NCBI GenBank assembly: GCA_023150835.1
Contig: JAKLKB010000027.1
Coordinates: 1 to 57,836, forward strand
From: Myxococcota bacterium
GTDB lineage: Bacteria > Myxococcota_C > UBA6777
Reading direction: 5' to 3'
Length of the DNA stretch: 57,836 bases
In this document: piece by piece, positions 48,801 to 57,597 of the stretch
Layout: each line of letters opens with the position of its first letter
Numbering within the stretch: position 1 is the first letter of the stretch
The notes under the pieces: generated by a model
What the model was told of the DNA's origin: nothing
Seen by the model: only the letters and a program-made list of their open reading frames with translations
Databases searched by the model: none
Program-made: the position numbers and the translations under genes

Positions 48801-49299
48801 AGATATCGCCAACAACTTTATCTCTGGTCTGATCCTCACCTTCGGCCAATCCGTCAAAGTCGGCGATGTCATCGAAGTCAACGGAATCCTCGGAACTGTG
48901 CGTGAGATATCCGCACGTTCCACCACCGTCGAATCTCCCGACGGGCGCATCGTCTTGTTGCCCAACGCCACCCTCCTCACATCAAGCGTCATCAACTGGA
49001 GCATGGGCCCTTCCCACATCATCGCCACTCTCCAGATCAGCGTCGCCACCGAAAATACACCCCGCACCATCCAAGACATTCTCTTGCGCATCGCGCAACA
49101 ACACCCTCAAATCCTCCAAAACCCCGCACCCTACGTCCAACTCGAAGACTTTAACGAAGAAAACATCGACTTCACCCTCCAAGTCGCCGTCCAAGATCCC
49201 CTCCAGCGCTTCGTTTTGCTTAGCGACCTACGCTTCGCCATCAACGAAACCTTCGCAAAGCTCGGCATCAAGCTCGCCCGCTCCTCCGAAAGCGAATAA
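45880..49299 (+). CDS. Large MscS-family (MscK-like) mechanosensitive channel
   Basis: Signal peptide, long coiled coil and TM block; GIGIGFG.QDI.NNFISGL..VKVGD and R.T.V..DG..V.LPN; 72-bp repeat x3 at 47423-47622. Confidence 0.92.
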   Translation: MTLPDGHLTHPTRNSLLSHVAIRLVLGGFLLFSLWTSLTTAQAQNPLDRMLGRSGSQDSNEVSEYQETIQLKQRLEELEKDIKEIKQNNPLQRERFEKEATQYQAIQSRFRELPKQQRWRREDKLLKLRAKIAEMGEKNETILVKLQSLLLSREQSATNLKELLERYLKFREDAAKWLQERYPKKTRRRTLHRDLKRLQRLVKEEKKRLEQAQTRLNQSNQDIENTQQAFDLARKKAEDDARLALDYEKTQADIAAKSEREAAEREAAEAKKKAEEENNPRRLTRAERLRASREASERARREVTERKEQEKLRIQQEDQRMLFQLASQLNRITLEFHRRNLQYLQLRRHEHTLNHEFHQTQHRFYLYTVEQMQSLKRSLAAKEKGGLLYHLPLDFQAKLLKEVSERTLALVDLNKNPLLSQFQTLSNDAQKTWDKQDLTRRIFLALYTLAFLLLFFLLRYPLKRATRALSTPQTATTATSSSSKTATTPASLDKLAAPPSSPDTSSTSDSADIFEAPQAKDPTDVVQPESSETIASNLQAPQAKDPTDVVQPESSETIASNLQAPQAKDPTDVVQPESSETLAPILPPPSSIGLTEAKLTEEAAKGLRTGFALILRATHRVLAFGLLFAALLTVGWVFSFPQNMQWVSGVVGTMLFGLRLLWVSADLLFAKAPTDRLLANLNDQDARAFRRLFKGMALFAFLNYPILLLAPLAQYPITFVHILESLFVAGILFGVLYLFLKKEPILALIPTDTAFGARTALIVRRVYPVFYVLAIGIFGIFVAGYRSLAIFLTIRTLLSVVLLLSAYSIQLLIWTLAMAIVSRFQGNKGETKRTQNNLLRLLRLAVTLLTALITLSLLLETWDIAGGYKAVLNLLDTPFFQIEKTQISVVSIFKLLISVFGSFWLSAWLKQRLHHLIYPLLRFSLPNRHAADTVVHYSTIILGVLVGLQWMGVGIGVLAVFAGVIGIGIGFGTQDIANNFISGLILTFGQSVKVGDVIEVNGILGTVREISARSTTVESPDGRIVLLPNATLLTSSVINWSMGPSHIIATLQISVATENTPRTIQDILLRIAQQHPQILQNPAPYVQLEDFNEENIDFTLQVAVQDPLQRFVLLSDLRFAINETFAKLGIKLARSSESE

Positions 49300-49409
49300 T
49301 ACGAAATCCGCCCGTTGTGTGATCGTAAAGAGGTAGGGGCAAACAGGTGTGGCCCAATAATAGGGCGTCTACGCACTGTCCTTTGTGTACGCATCACTCG
49401 GATATCGAA
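49300..49409 (+). mobile_element. Family A MITE (TAA target duplication at the MscS stop codon)
   Basis: TAA|TACGAAATCCG..CGGATATCGAA|TAA. Confidence 0.88.
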
Positions 49410-49618
49410 TAACTCCCCCCATCCTTTCGACACTTGATCGTCGATGTTCGCCCACACACAAAATTCCCCGTCTCTTCGGCACTTGATCATTGCTTCTTGC
49501 CCCGCCACACAGCCGCGCAATGGTGACAAAACGATCCGCTTGGATGTTTTGATGTGTTTGTGCTACGTTGACCACGGCTTCCACTCTTTCCTCCTCCCCA
49601 AACACAGGAGCCTGACCG

Positions 49619-50383
49619 ATGTTTGCCAACCTCCAAGGATTGATCGTTCTTGCTGCTTCTGGCCTACTTGCCGGCCTCATTCATTTGTTTTCCCCCTTTC
49701 TTCATCTTCCGCACCGCTTGTTTGGGATCGGCATCGCCCTCGTCCTCGTGGGCGTCTTGGCGGATACGATCCGCTTTCATGCTCGGCTCGTCTTTTTGCC
49801 CGTCTGGGTGTTTGGGTGGTTGGTGATGGGCGTCGGAGCGTGGCAGCGTTGGGGCTGGCTCGCGGGACTCGGGGCGTGGGGATCTCTTTTGCTGTTGACT
49901 TTCTTGCTTGCAAGCCTTGTCTATGCCGCCGAAAAAAAACATTGGCGACAAGCTCCCGCCTCCCTTCAATCCGCACGATCCGCCCTTGAGGCTGGACAGC
50001 GCGATGCTGCATGGCAACACCTCCAACGCGCTCTTTGCTTACCAAGCATTCTCCCGATGGATAGCTCCATGTACGAACATAACCGACAAATCGTCCGCCT
50101 CCTTCTCTCTCTGCTTGGCGATGTCCCTCCTGCGCTTCAACTCCACCTCAACCACCTCGAACAACTCCTCGCCAACGCACAAGCTGGCACCCCCGCCCAA
50201 AACAAACAAGAAGCCCAACAACTCCTTCAACTCCTCCAACATCTCCTCCTCACCAAAGGCGATCTCCAAAGCCTCGGCATCGTCACCACACAAACTGCAC
50301 CCGACCAACAAGCCCTCCTCCAACAACTTCTCGCAAACAAAAAAAGCGCCCTTCCGCCCCCTCCACCCGATCAATTGCGCTAA
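49619..50383 (+). CDS. Hypothetical membrane protein
   Basis: AGGAG RBS; 4 TM segments and a helical tail. Confidence 0.65.
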   Translation: MFANLQGLIVLAASGLLAGLIHLFSPFLHLPHRLFGIGIALVLVGVLADTIRFHARLVFLPVWVFGWLVMGVGAWQRWGWLAGLGAWGSLLLLTFLLASLVYAAEKKHWRQAPASLQSARSALEAGQRDAAWQHLQRALCLPSILPMDSSMYEHNRQIVRLLLSLLGDVPPALQLHLNHLEQLLANAQAGTPAQNKQEAQQLLQLLQHLLLTKGDLQSLGIVTTQTAPDQQALLQQLLANKKSALPPPPPDQLR

Positions 50384-50593
50384 TCCCGCCCTCCTTTCCA
50401 AACACCACAACACACTCCCCCCCCTTGGCTCGTTCGATTTTTATGAGATACAAAGCGGCTTTGGCGAGTCTACTTGCTCACCAAAACCGATCCGCGATAG
50501 CGGTGATTGCTTCTTCAAGACTACCCCTTTGGAAGCCTCCTCCTTATTCCTTCCGTGGCTTCCCTTTTTCCCTGAACTCAAGGAGAATCAGAG

Positions 50594-52888
50594 ATGCGTC
50601 TTCGAAAATCATGGCCTTTCTTGGTGTACTTCTCCTTCTTTGTGCTGCTTGTTGCCGCCTCGATCGCTTGTGGCCCACCTGTCGGCACGGGGACCGGCAA
50701 TGATGGAAATTCCCAATCGGAGGGCGGTTCCAACACAGAAGGCATCGCCTCCGAAACCAACCCCGATGCCTCCTCCGAACCCACCAATCCCGACGGCACC
50801 GCAGAATCCACCAATCCCGACGGCATCGCAGAATCCACCAATCCCGACGGCACCGCAGAGTCCACCAATCCCGACGGCACCGCAGAGTCCACCAATCCCG
50901 ACGGCACCGCAGAATCCACCAATCCCGACGGCACCGCAGAATCCACCAATCCCGACGGCACCGCAGAATCCACCCCAGAATCTACAGGCGATGCGATCCC
51001 CGAAGGCAAAACCCGCTGCGAACAACAAAACGGATATTGCGAACTCTTCCCCAATGATTGTAAGCCCAATTACCAAAACGACGGCGACCCGCTCGATTGT
51101 CCCGGTGGCCGTAGCGCGATCTGTTGCCAACCCACCCCCACCCCTCCCCAATGCACCACCGACAAAGACTGCCCCACCACCTGCAAAGGAAGCGGCGTCT
51201 GCGAACAATACGAATACAAGTGCATCACCGGCCTGTGCGTCTCTGGCCCTCCCCTCACACAACCCAACGCTTCCTGCGATGCCACCACCGGCCAATGTAT
51301 GCCTCTCACCGCTGGCTGCAAAACCAATTGTGATTGCGCCCAAGGACTCCTCTGTACCAACCGCCAATGCCTCGCTGGCACCAAAGCCGCCTATTGTTGC
51401 TCCAAACCGGGCTGCCCCGCCAACGAATCCTGCCAAAATCCCGATGGAACCAGCGGAACTTGCCCCGCTCCTCAAACAGATTGTGAGAAAAAAGGCGGCC
51501 AATGCGTACGACAAGGTATGATCTGCCCCCCCAACTACACCATGGACGGCAGCGTCTCCTGCGGAGGTTCGCTCTCGCTCAATTGCTGCCTCCCGACCAC
51601 CAATCCTTGCGCAACCATCAAGTGCCAAGGCCCCTCTTGTGCCACCGATAGCAGCGGAGCATGCAGCACCACCCTTTACACCTGCGATCCCACCCTCGGA
51701 CAATGCGTCCCCACCACCAAAACCACCAAACCCTACTGCTCCCTCAGCGGAACGATCTGCACACAATTCACCCCCGCTTGTAGCAACAACCAATGCGCTC
51801 TCAAAACCTCCACCGTCACCCTTTCCTGCTCGCAAAGCGGCACAAGCTGCCTCCAGATCACCCCCTCCTGCGCCAGTGACCAATGCGCCAAAACGTCCCA
51901 AACCATCGCCAACAGCACCTGCGATGCCGCAACAGGAAAATGCAGCCCCACGCAAGTTGCCTGCAAAACCCACTGCGACTGCACACAAGGGATGATGTGC
52001 TCAAACGGCCAATGCTTCTCAGGGACCGCCATCACCTACTGTTGCACCAAACCGGGATGCCTCGCTGGCGCGACTTGCACAAATCCCGATGGCACCAAAG
52101 GCACCTGCCCCACCACCAAGACCGATTGCGAGATCAAAGGCGGACAATGCGTCGTCCAAGGCACCGCCTGTCCCTCGGGAACGTACCTCAACACCACCGT
52201 CTCTTGCGGTAGTATCCGTTCCCTCAACTGTTGCCTCCCCAACCCCTGCGCAACCATCCGATGCCAAGGCCCCACTTGCGCAACCACCAGCACCGGCACA
52301 TGCAACGAAACCACTTACACCTGCGATCCCGCTCTCGGCCAATGCGTCCCCACCACCAAAACGGTCGCAACGGCCTGCTCCATGAGCGGAACTTCCTGCA
52401 CTCAATTCACTCCCGTGTGCAGCAACAACCAATGCACCGCCAAAACATCCACCGTCTCTCCCACCTGCCGACAAAGCGGTACGAGCTGCATCCAATCCGC
52501 CCCCACTTGCAGCAACAATCTATGTTCCGCAGCTTCCCGAACCATCGCCAACAGCACCTGCAACACCACCACAGGACAATGCAGCGCCATCTCTCCTACC
52601 TGCAAAACGCACTGCGACTGCACACAAGGAATGATGTGTTCAAACGGACAATGCTTGATCGGTACCGTCTCCACCTACTGCTGCAACAAACCCGGATGCC
52701 CCGCTGGCTCTTCTTGTACAAACCCCGACGGCACAAAAGGCACTTGCCCCTCAAGCCAAACCGATTGCGTCCAAAAGGGCGGACAATGCGTCAGCCAAGG
52801 CTCCATTTGTCCAAGAGGCTACCAACAAAACAGCGCCCTCTCCTGTGGCGGTTCTCTCTCCCTCTACTGCTGCGTCCCCATCATCTAA
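50594..52888 (+). CDS. Cys-rich lipoprotein with STNPDGTAE repeats and four beta-defensin-like six-Cys modules
   Basis: AAGGAG RBS and SIAC lipobox; 27-bp repeat x7 at ~50781-50972; ~640-bp internal duplication. Confidence 0.85.
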   Translation: MRLRKSWPFLVYFSFFVLLVAASIACGPPVGTGTGNDGNSQSEGGSNTEGIASETNPDASSEPTNPDGTAESTNPDGIAESTNPDGTAESTNPDGTAESTNPDGTAESTNPDGTAESTNPDGTAESTPESTGDAIPEGKTRCEQQNGYCELFPNDCKPNYQNDGDPLDCPGGRSAICCQPTPTPPQCTTDKDCPTTCKGSGVCEQYEYKCITGLCVSGPPLTQPNASCDATTGQCMPLTAGCKTNCDCAQGLLCTNRQCLAGTKAAYCCSKPGCPANESCQNPDGTSGTCPAPQTDCEKKGGQCVRQGMICPPNYTMDGSVSCGGSLSLNCCLPTTNPCATIKCQGPSCATDSSGACSTTLYTCDPTLGQCVPTTKTTKPYCSLSGTICTQFTPACSNNQCALKTSTVTLSCSQSGTSCLQITPSCASDQCAKTSQTIANSTCDAATGKCSPTQVACKTHCDCTQGMMCSNGQCFSGTAITYCCTKPGCLAGATCTNPDGTKGTCPTTKTDCEIKGGQCVVQGTACPSGTYLNTTVSCGSIRSLNCCLPNPCATIRCQGPTCATTSTGTCNETTYTCDPALGQCVPTTKTVATACSMSGTSCTQFTPVCSNNQCTAKTSTVSPTCRQSGTSCIQSAPTCSNNLCSAASRTIANSTCNTTTGQCSAISPTCKTHCDCTQGMMCSNGQCLIGTVSTYCCNKPGCPAGSSCTNPDGTKGTCPSSQTDCVQKGGQCVSQGSICPRGYQQNSALSCGGSLSLYCCVPII

Positions 52889-53191
52889 TACCGCCCACAC
52901 CACCCGCCTCACCCACACCACCCGCCTCACACACCGATCACGCACACCAATCACCCGCCCTTTCTCGGCCTTCACCCATCCAACCCTTCACGTCGGCGAA
53001 AACTTTCGCTCCGCGTCTCCCCCACAAAGCAAACCCAACCGACCACACCATCCTTGACGCCACGCTCTGGCAAAGTTATATCTTCTTGCCTGAATGATGA
53101 TTCATCCACGATGCTCTTTTGCCCTCTGATAGCATCGAAAGCGTCGATGCGGTCGAGAGAGTGGACGTTTACCCGCGAAGGAGAAAGAACG

Positions 53192-54448
53192 ATGAGCCGA
53201 TTTGATGTACTGCGCAAAGAGATCGCGAACATTCAAAGCAAACACCGCGCACGTCCTGAGATGATGCGCGGACTCAAAGTGCCGTATTATCGGCGAGGTG
53301 AGATGGCGATCCCGGGCTTTCGGATGGCAAAAGGCGGCGATATCGAAACCGATGGGCGCATCCAAAGCCTTCGTGTCATGAACAAAGCTGCCGAACTTCC
53401 TATCGACTTTTTCTTTTATGATCTAGAAGATGCCGCTCCTGATAATCCAGACTTTAAGGTCTATGCTCGCCGCTTTATTGTGGAAGCCCTCACCACCAAC
53501 GACTACGGCAAGCGCGTGGTGGGCTTTCGCCCCAACAACATCCGCACCTCTTACTTTGAGCAAGACTTGATTGAAGTCCTCAGCGGCGCGGGCCATCGCC
53601 TTGACGCATTGGTAATCCCCAAAACCGAGTACGCCGAAGAAGTCCAAGATATCGTCCAGATCGTTCGCGATATCCAGCGCATCGCGGGCCATCCCAACGT
53701 CCCCGCTCTGGAGATATTGATCGAATCTCCCCGCGCCCTGCTCGAAGCCGAAAAGATCGCTGCCATCGACGGTGTCGCCTCTTTGATCTTTGGATCGTGG
53801 GACTTTGCCCGAACCATCAGCGGCAAAGTCACCCCCGAAGGATGGCTCGAAGAACAAGCCTTTGCTCGTCAAATGTTGCCCATCGTTGCCGCAGCTTACG
53901 GCAAAGACGCTGTAGATGCCGTCACCGCAACGCTTCCTCTTCGCCCCAAAAAACCCGCAGCGATGGACGAAGCCACCTACAACATCGCGCTTTCTCTGCC
54001 CGCCTCATCTCTTGATCCCGCCAAATACAGCGAAGAATTCATCGCAGCCATGCGAAAAAAAGAACGCGCACTCGAACTTGTTCGACGCGATGCCGAAAAC
54101 GCCCGCGCCATCGGCTATGCTGCCAAATGGATCCTGCACCCTGATCAGATCGAACCTGTCCACAGCGCTTGGTCGCCTGATCACAAGACGGCCAAAACAG
54201 CACTTGATCTTGTAGCGCATTATACCCGCGCTGCTCGCAGCGGTTCGGGGGCCGAAGTCGACGAAGATCGCCTCGCGGACAAGGCCGTGATCGGAACCGA
54301 GTGGTGGCAAGTCCTCGGCGGACTTCGTGCGGGCACACTGACCGACGCCGATGTCCAAGCCACCGGCTTCGATCTCGAAACACTCCAACGCACCGTCGTC
54401 ACCCACGATCAACACCAAACTCTCCAAAAAGAAGGCTTCAGTAGCTGA
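53192..54448 (+). CDS. CitE/HpcH-family CoA-ester lyase (candidate malyl/beta-methylmalyl-CoA lyase)
   Basis: DLEDA, RPN, IPK, LIES, FGSWDF and KWILHPDQI; gene context with mcd and mch. Confidence 0.8.
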   Translation: MSRFDVLRKEIANIQSKHRARPEMMRGLKVPYYRRGEMAIPGFRMAKGGDIETDGRIQSLRVMNKAAELPIDFFFYDLEDAAPDNPDFKVYARRFIVEALTTNDYGKRVVGFRPNNIRTSYFEQDLIEVLSGAGHRLDALVIPKTEYAEEVQDIVQIVRDIQRIAGHPNVPALEILIESPRALLEAEKIAAIDGVASLIFGSWDFARTISGKVTPEGWLEEQAFARQMLPIVAAAYGKDAVDAVTATLPLRPKKPAAMDEATYNIALSLPASSLDPAKYSEEFIAAMRKKERALELVRRDAENARAIGYAAKWILHPDQIEPVHSAWSPDHKTAKTALDLVAHYTRAARSGSGAEVDEDRLADKAVIGTEWWQVLGGLRAGTLTDADVQATGFDLETLQRTVVTHDQHQTLQKEGFSS

Positions 54449-54459
54449 GTTCGTTTGGG

Positions 54460-54582
54460 TTTGTGGGGCTTTGCCCTACCCCGCCATAGAGCTTTGCCCC
54501 CTTGACCCCGTATTGGCGAAACGATCACTGTTTTTCAAAGAGACGACTCTGTCGCTTGAACCTCTACAAACACGGGAGGTTC
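54460..54582 (+). mobile_element. Family B element
   Basis: TGTGGGGCTTTGCCC..CCCCTTGACCCCGTATTGGCG..GTCGCTTGAA..AACACGGG. Confidence 0.78.
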
Positions 54583-54603
54583 TGAACCACCAAGGAGTTC
54601 ATC

Positions 54604-56232
54604 GTGAGCCTTCACCTCGCCGCCCTTGCTCTCGACAACGCCGCACAGATCCTCGATCACCTTGGCCGCTGTTTTGCCCATCGTGTCGCCCATGAGGGCC
54701 GATTCTCTCGCCCTTTGCTTGATGCCCAACAACCCACCGCGTTCCTTTATGCCCATCTGCTCGCCGATCTCGAAGCTGCACAGGCTGGACTACGATACGC
54801 CACACAACAAGGCCCCTACGAACAAGAACTCGCACAAACGTATGCTGCCCTGATGTTGCGCCGTTTTCTCCAACGCCTCGTCCTGCGCGAACACGAATTT
54901 GGCTGGCAAGGCGATATCTACGCCTCCCTCCAAACCCACCGACATTGGATCGAGGCCACACTCGCAACGCCTCGTCTTGTCGCCCTCGGGCAAACCTTGC
55001 TCGATCGCGATGCCGAATGGAGCGGGGCTTATGGCGTCAGCGAAGACCACGAAGATGTACGCCGTGTCTTTGCTCGATTTGCAGACGAAAAAGTCGCTCC
55101 GCTTGCCGAGTCGATCCACCGACACGATGGCATCCTCCCCGAGCCTCTCCTCCAAGAATACGCAGCAATGGGCGTCTTTGGCATCTCGATCCCCGACCGC
55201 TACAACGGCAGCTTTGTGGATCACCTCACCATGTGCCTTGCGACCGAAGAACTCAGCCGCGCAAGCCTTGGGGCGGGCGGCAGCGTCATCACGCGACCTG
55301 AGATCTGCGCCAAAGCGCTCCTCAAAGGCGGAAGCGACGAACAAAAACGGCGCTGGCTCCCCGCCATCGCACGCGGCGAAGTCTTGGTCAGCGTCGCAGT
55401 CACCGAACCCAACGCAGGCTCTGACGTCGCCAACGTCCGTGTCTCCGCACGTCCGACCGATGGCGGATATCTGATCAACGGCGAGAAAACGTGGTGTACT
55501 TTTGCAGGCCGCGCCAACGTCTTTATCTTGCTCGCTCGCACGGGCGAAGCCGACGCAGGACACAAAGGTCTCACCCTGTTTTTGGTCGAAAAACCCGCCA
55601 AGATATCCGAGACCGATCACCACCACTTCTCTTCTACACAACGCGACGGAGGCCGATGCGAAGGCCGTGCGATCCCGACCCTCGGCTATCGTGGAATGCA
55701 CTCTTTTAGCGTCTGTTTTGAAGATTATTTTGTCCCCACAACCCATCGCATCGGAGAAGAAGGACAAGGCTTTGCGCTTCAAATGGAAGGCTTTTCGGGA
55801 GGTCGCATCCAGACCGCTGCTCGCGCTGTCGGTGTAATGGAAGCAGCCTTGCGCGAAGCCATCCGCTACGCCCAAGATCGCCAAGTCTTCGGAAAACCCA
55901 TGTCGGACTACGCCTTGACTCGTGTCAAACTCGTCGAGATGGCCGCAACCTTGATGGTGAGCCGACAACTCAGCTACCATGTCGCCTCTCTCATGGACGA
56001 TGGCATGGGCGGTATGGAAGCCTCGCTCGTCAAACTCCTTGCCTGCCGCGAAGCCGAATCCCTCACCCGCGAAGCCATGCAGATCCACGGTGGTATGGGC
56101 TATTCCGAAGAGTATCCTGTCAGTCGCTATTGGCTCGACGCCCGCGTCCTCAGCATCTTCGAAGGTGCCGAAGAAGTCCTCGCCCTGTACGTCGTCGCTC
56201 GACAAGCTCTCTCACGCTACCTTTCCCCATAA
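54604..56232 (+). CDS. mcd: Acyl-CoA dehydrogenase, (2S)-methylsuccinyl-CoA dehydrogenase-like
   Basis: ACAD motifs TEPNAGSD, NGEKTWCT, QIHGGMGY and IFEG; N-terminal extension; GS.ITRPEI and LGYRGM; adjacent to mch. Confidence 0.75.
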   Translation: MSLHLAALALDNAAQILDHLGRCFAHRVAHEGRFSRPLLDAQQPTAFLYAHLLADLEAAQAGLRYATQQGPYEQELAQTYAALMLRRFLQRLVLREHEFGWQGDIYASLQTHRHWIEATLATPRLVALGQTLLDRDAEWSGAYGVSEDHEDVRRVFARFADEKVAPLAESIHRHDGILPEPLLQEYAAMGVFGISIPDRYNGSFVDHLTMCLATEELSRASLGAGGSVITRPEICAKALLKGGSDEQKRRWLPAIARGEVLVSVAVTEPNAGSDVANVRVSARPTDGGYLINGEKTWCTFAGRANVFILLARTGEADAGHKGLTLFLVEKPAKISETDHHHFSSTQRDGGRCEGRAIPTLGYRGMHSFSVCFEDYFVPTTHRIGEEGQGFALQMEGFSGGRIQTAARAVGVMEAALREAIRYAQDRQVFGKPMSDYALTRVKLVEMAATLMVSRQLSYHVASLMDDGMGGMEASLVKLLACREAESLTREAMQIHGGMGYSEEYPVSRYWLDARVLSIFEGAEEVLALYVVARQALSRYLSP

Positions 56233-56295
56233 TCGGCGGCTTTCAGAAGCCTCGCCCACAAACGTATGATCCAAGAATCCACAAAGGAGCACGCG

Positions 56296-57360
56296 ATGCA
56301 ACAAAAAGGCTGGACGGGTTATTTTTTTGAAGACTTTACGCTGGGGATGAAGCTCAAAGGCCCCACGCCGCGTACCATGACAGACGGCGAGATCGCCCTC
56401 TACATCGCCCTCACGGGAGATCGCACCCCTCATTTTTGTGGACCCCGCCGTCTCATCCACCCGCTGATCATCTTTCATACTGTTTTCGGACAAACGGTGC
56501 GCCAGATCTCTCTCAATGCACGCGCCAATCTTGGCTATGCTGATATGCGCTGGATCGCCCCTGTCTTTGTCGGTGATACGCTCTCTATCTATATGGAAAT
56601 TATCGGACTCAAAGAAAACTCTTCCCGCGATAGCGGCGTTGTCTACGTCAAAAACACCGCCTACAAACAAGACGGAACCGAAGTCATGCGCTTTACGCGC
56701 TGGGTGATGCTCCGCAAACGCACAAGCCACCCCACGCCTTTCCTCGATCAACCGCACCTCCCCTCTCTCCCCAAGATCGTCCCCCCCGAAGAACTCGCTC
56801 TCTTTGAAGAAACTTTACCAACCTTTGAGCAGTGCGGAGGCCGATGGGCTTTTGAGGATTATCAGATCGGTGAGCGGATCTTTCATTATGACGGCATGAC
56901 CATGAACGACTCCGATCAGATGACCTTTACCCGCCTTTTTCAAAACAGCGCCAAAGTTCATTTTGATCGACACAAGATGAACGGAACGCCCCTACTCTAC
57001 GGCGGTTTGGCGATCAGTCACGGATACGCCCAAGCCTTCAACGGTCTTGAGATGCGCCTCGGTCTGCGCGCCCTCAACAGCGGCCATCACACTCACCCCA
57101 CCCACAGCGGCGACACGCTCTACACCTTCACCGATGTCCTCGACAAAGCCTCTCTGCCCGATCCTTCGGTCGGTGCGCTGCGATTGCGGATGATCGTTGT
57201 CAAAAATCTCGACCCCTCTGAGTTCTCCGAATCAGGACAAACCTTTCCGATCACCCAAGAAGATCCCCACAAACCCGGAAAAACACAGTACCCTTCCCAT
57301 ATCGTCCTTGATCTCGATTATTGGGAGATCTTACCCCGTCAAGCTGCTCTCATCGCTTGA
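56296..57360 (+). CDS. mch: Double MaoC (hot-dog) dehydratase, mesaconyl-CoA hydratase-like
   Basis: FFEDF..PRT, FHTVFGQTV..ISLNA.ANLGY, GLKENS..GVVYV..RWVM.RKR, FQN.AKVHF and LDLDYW. Confidence 0.82.
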   Translation: MQQKGWTGYFFEDFTLGMKLKGPTPRTMTDGEIALYIALTGDRTPHFCGPRRLIHPLIIFHTVFGQTVRQISLNARANLGYADMRWIAPVFVGDTLSIYMEIIGLKENSSRDSGVVYVKNTAYKQDGTEVMRFTRWVMLRKRTSHPTPFLDQPHLPSLPKIVPPEELALFEETLPTFEQCGGRWAFEDYQIGERIFHYDGMTMNDSDQMTFTRLFQNSAKVHFDRHKMNGTPLLYGGLAISHGYAQAFNGLEMRLGLRALNSGHHTHPTHSGDTLYTFTDVLDKASLPDPSVGALRLRMIVVKNLDPSEFSESGQTFPITQEDPHKPGKTQYPSHIVLDLDYWEILPRQAALIA

Positions 57361-57383
57361 TCTTACCGAGGTGGCTTGTTGCC

Positions 57384-57513
57384 AAAAAAACCCCGTGTTC
57401 GCACCATTTCAACCGACAACGTCGTCTGAAAGAAAAACCTGTGTTCTCTTCGCCCAACATGGGGTCAAGGGGGCAAAGCTCCCTTGTGGGGCGTGGGGTG
57501 AAACCCCACAAAA
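57384..57513 (-). mobile_element. Family B element
   Basis: CCCCGTGTTCG..TTCAA..GGGGTCAAGGGGGCAAAGCTCCCTTGTGGGGCGTGGGGTGAAACCCCACAAAA. Confidence 0.8.
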
Positions 57514-57533
57514 CCCTCCAACAAGTGACTTTA

Positions 57534-57597
57534 TACGAGATCCGCTCGTTGCGTGATCGTAAAGAGGTAGGGGCAGACAGGTATGCACTTGGACCAA
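57534..57597 (+). mobile_element. Family A MITE, left-half remnant
   Basis: TTA|TACGAGATCCGCTCGTTGCGTGATCGTAAAGAGGTAGGGGCAG. Confidence 0.7.

Noticed and set aside
1476-57513. Family B hairpins as diversity-generating retroelement or group II intron signals
   Set aside because: No reverse transcriptase or template/variable repeat pair is visible in the window.
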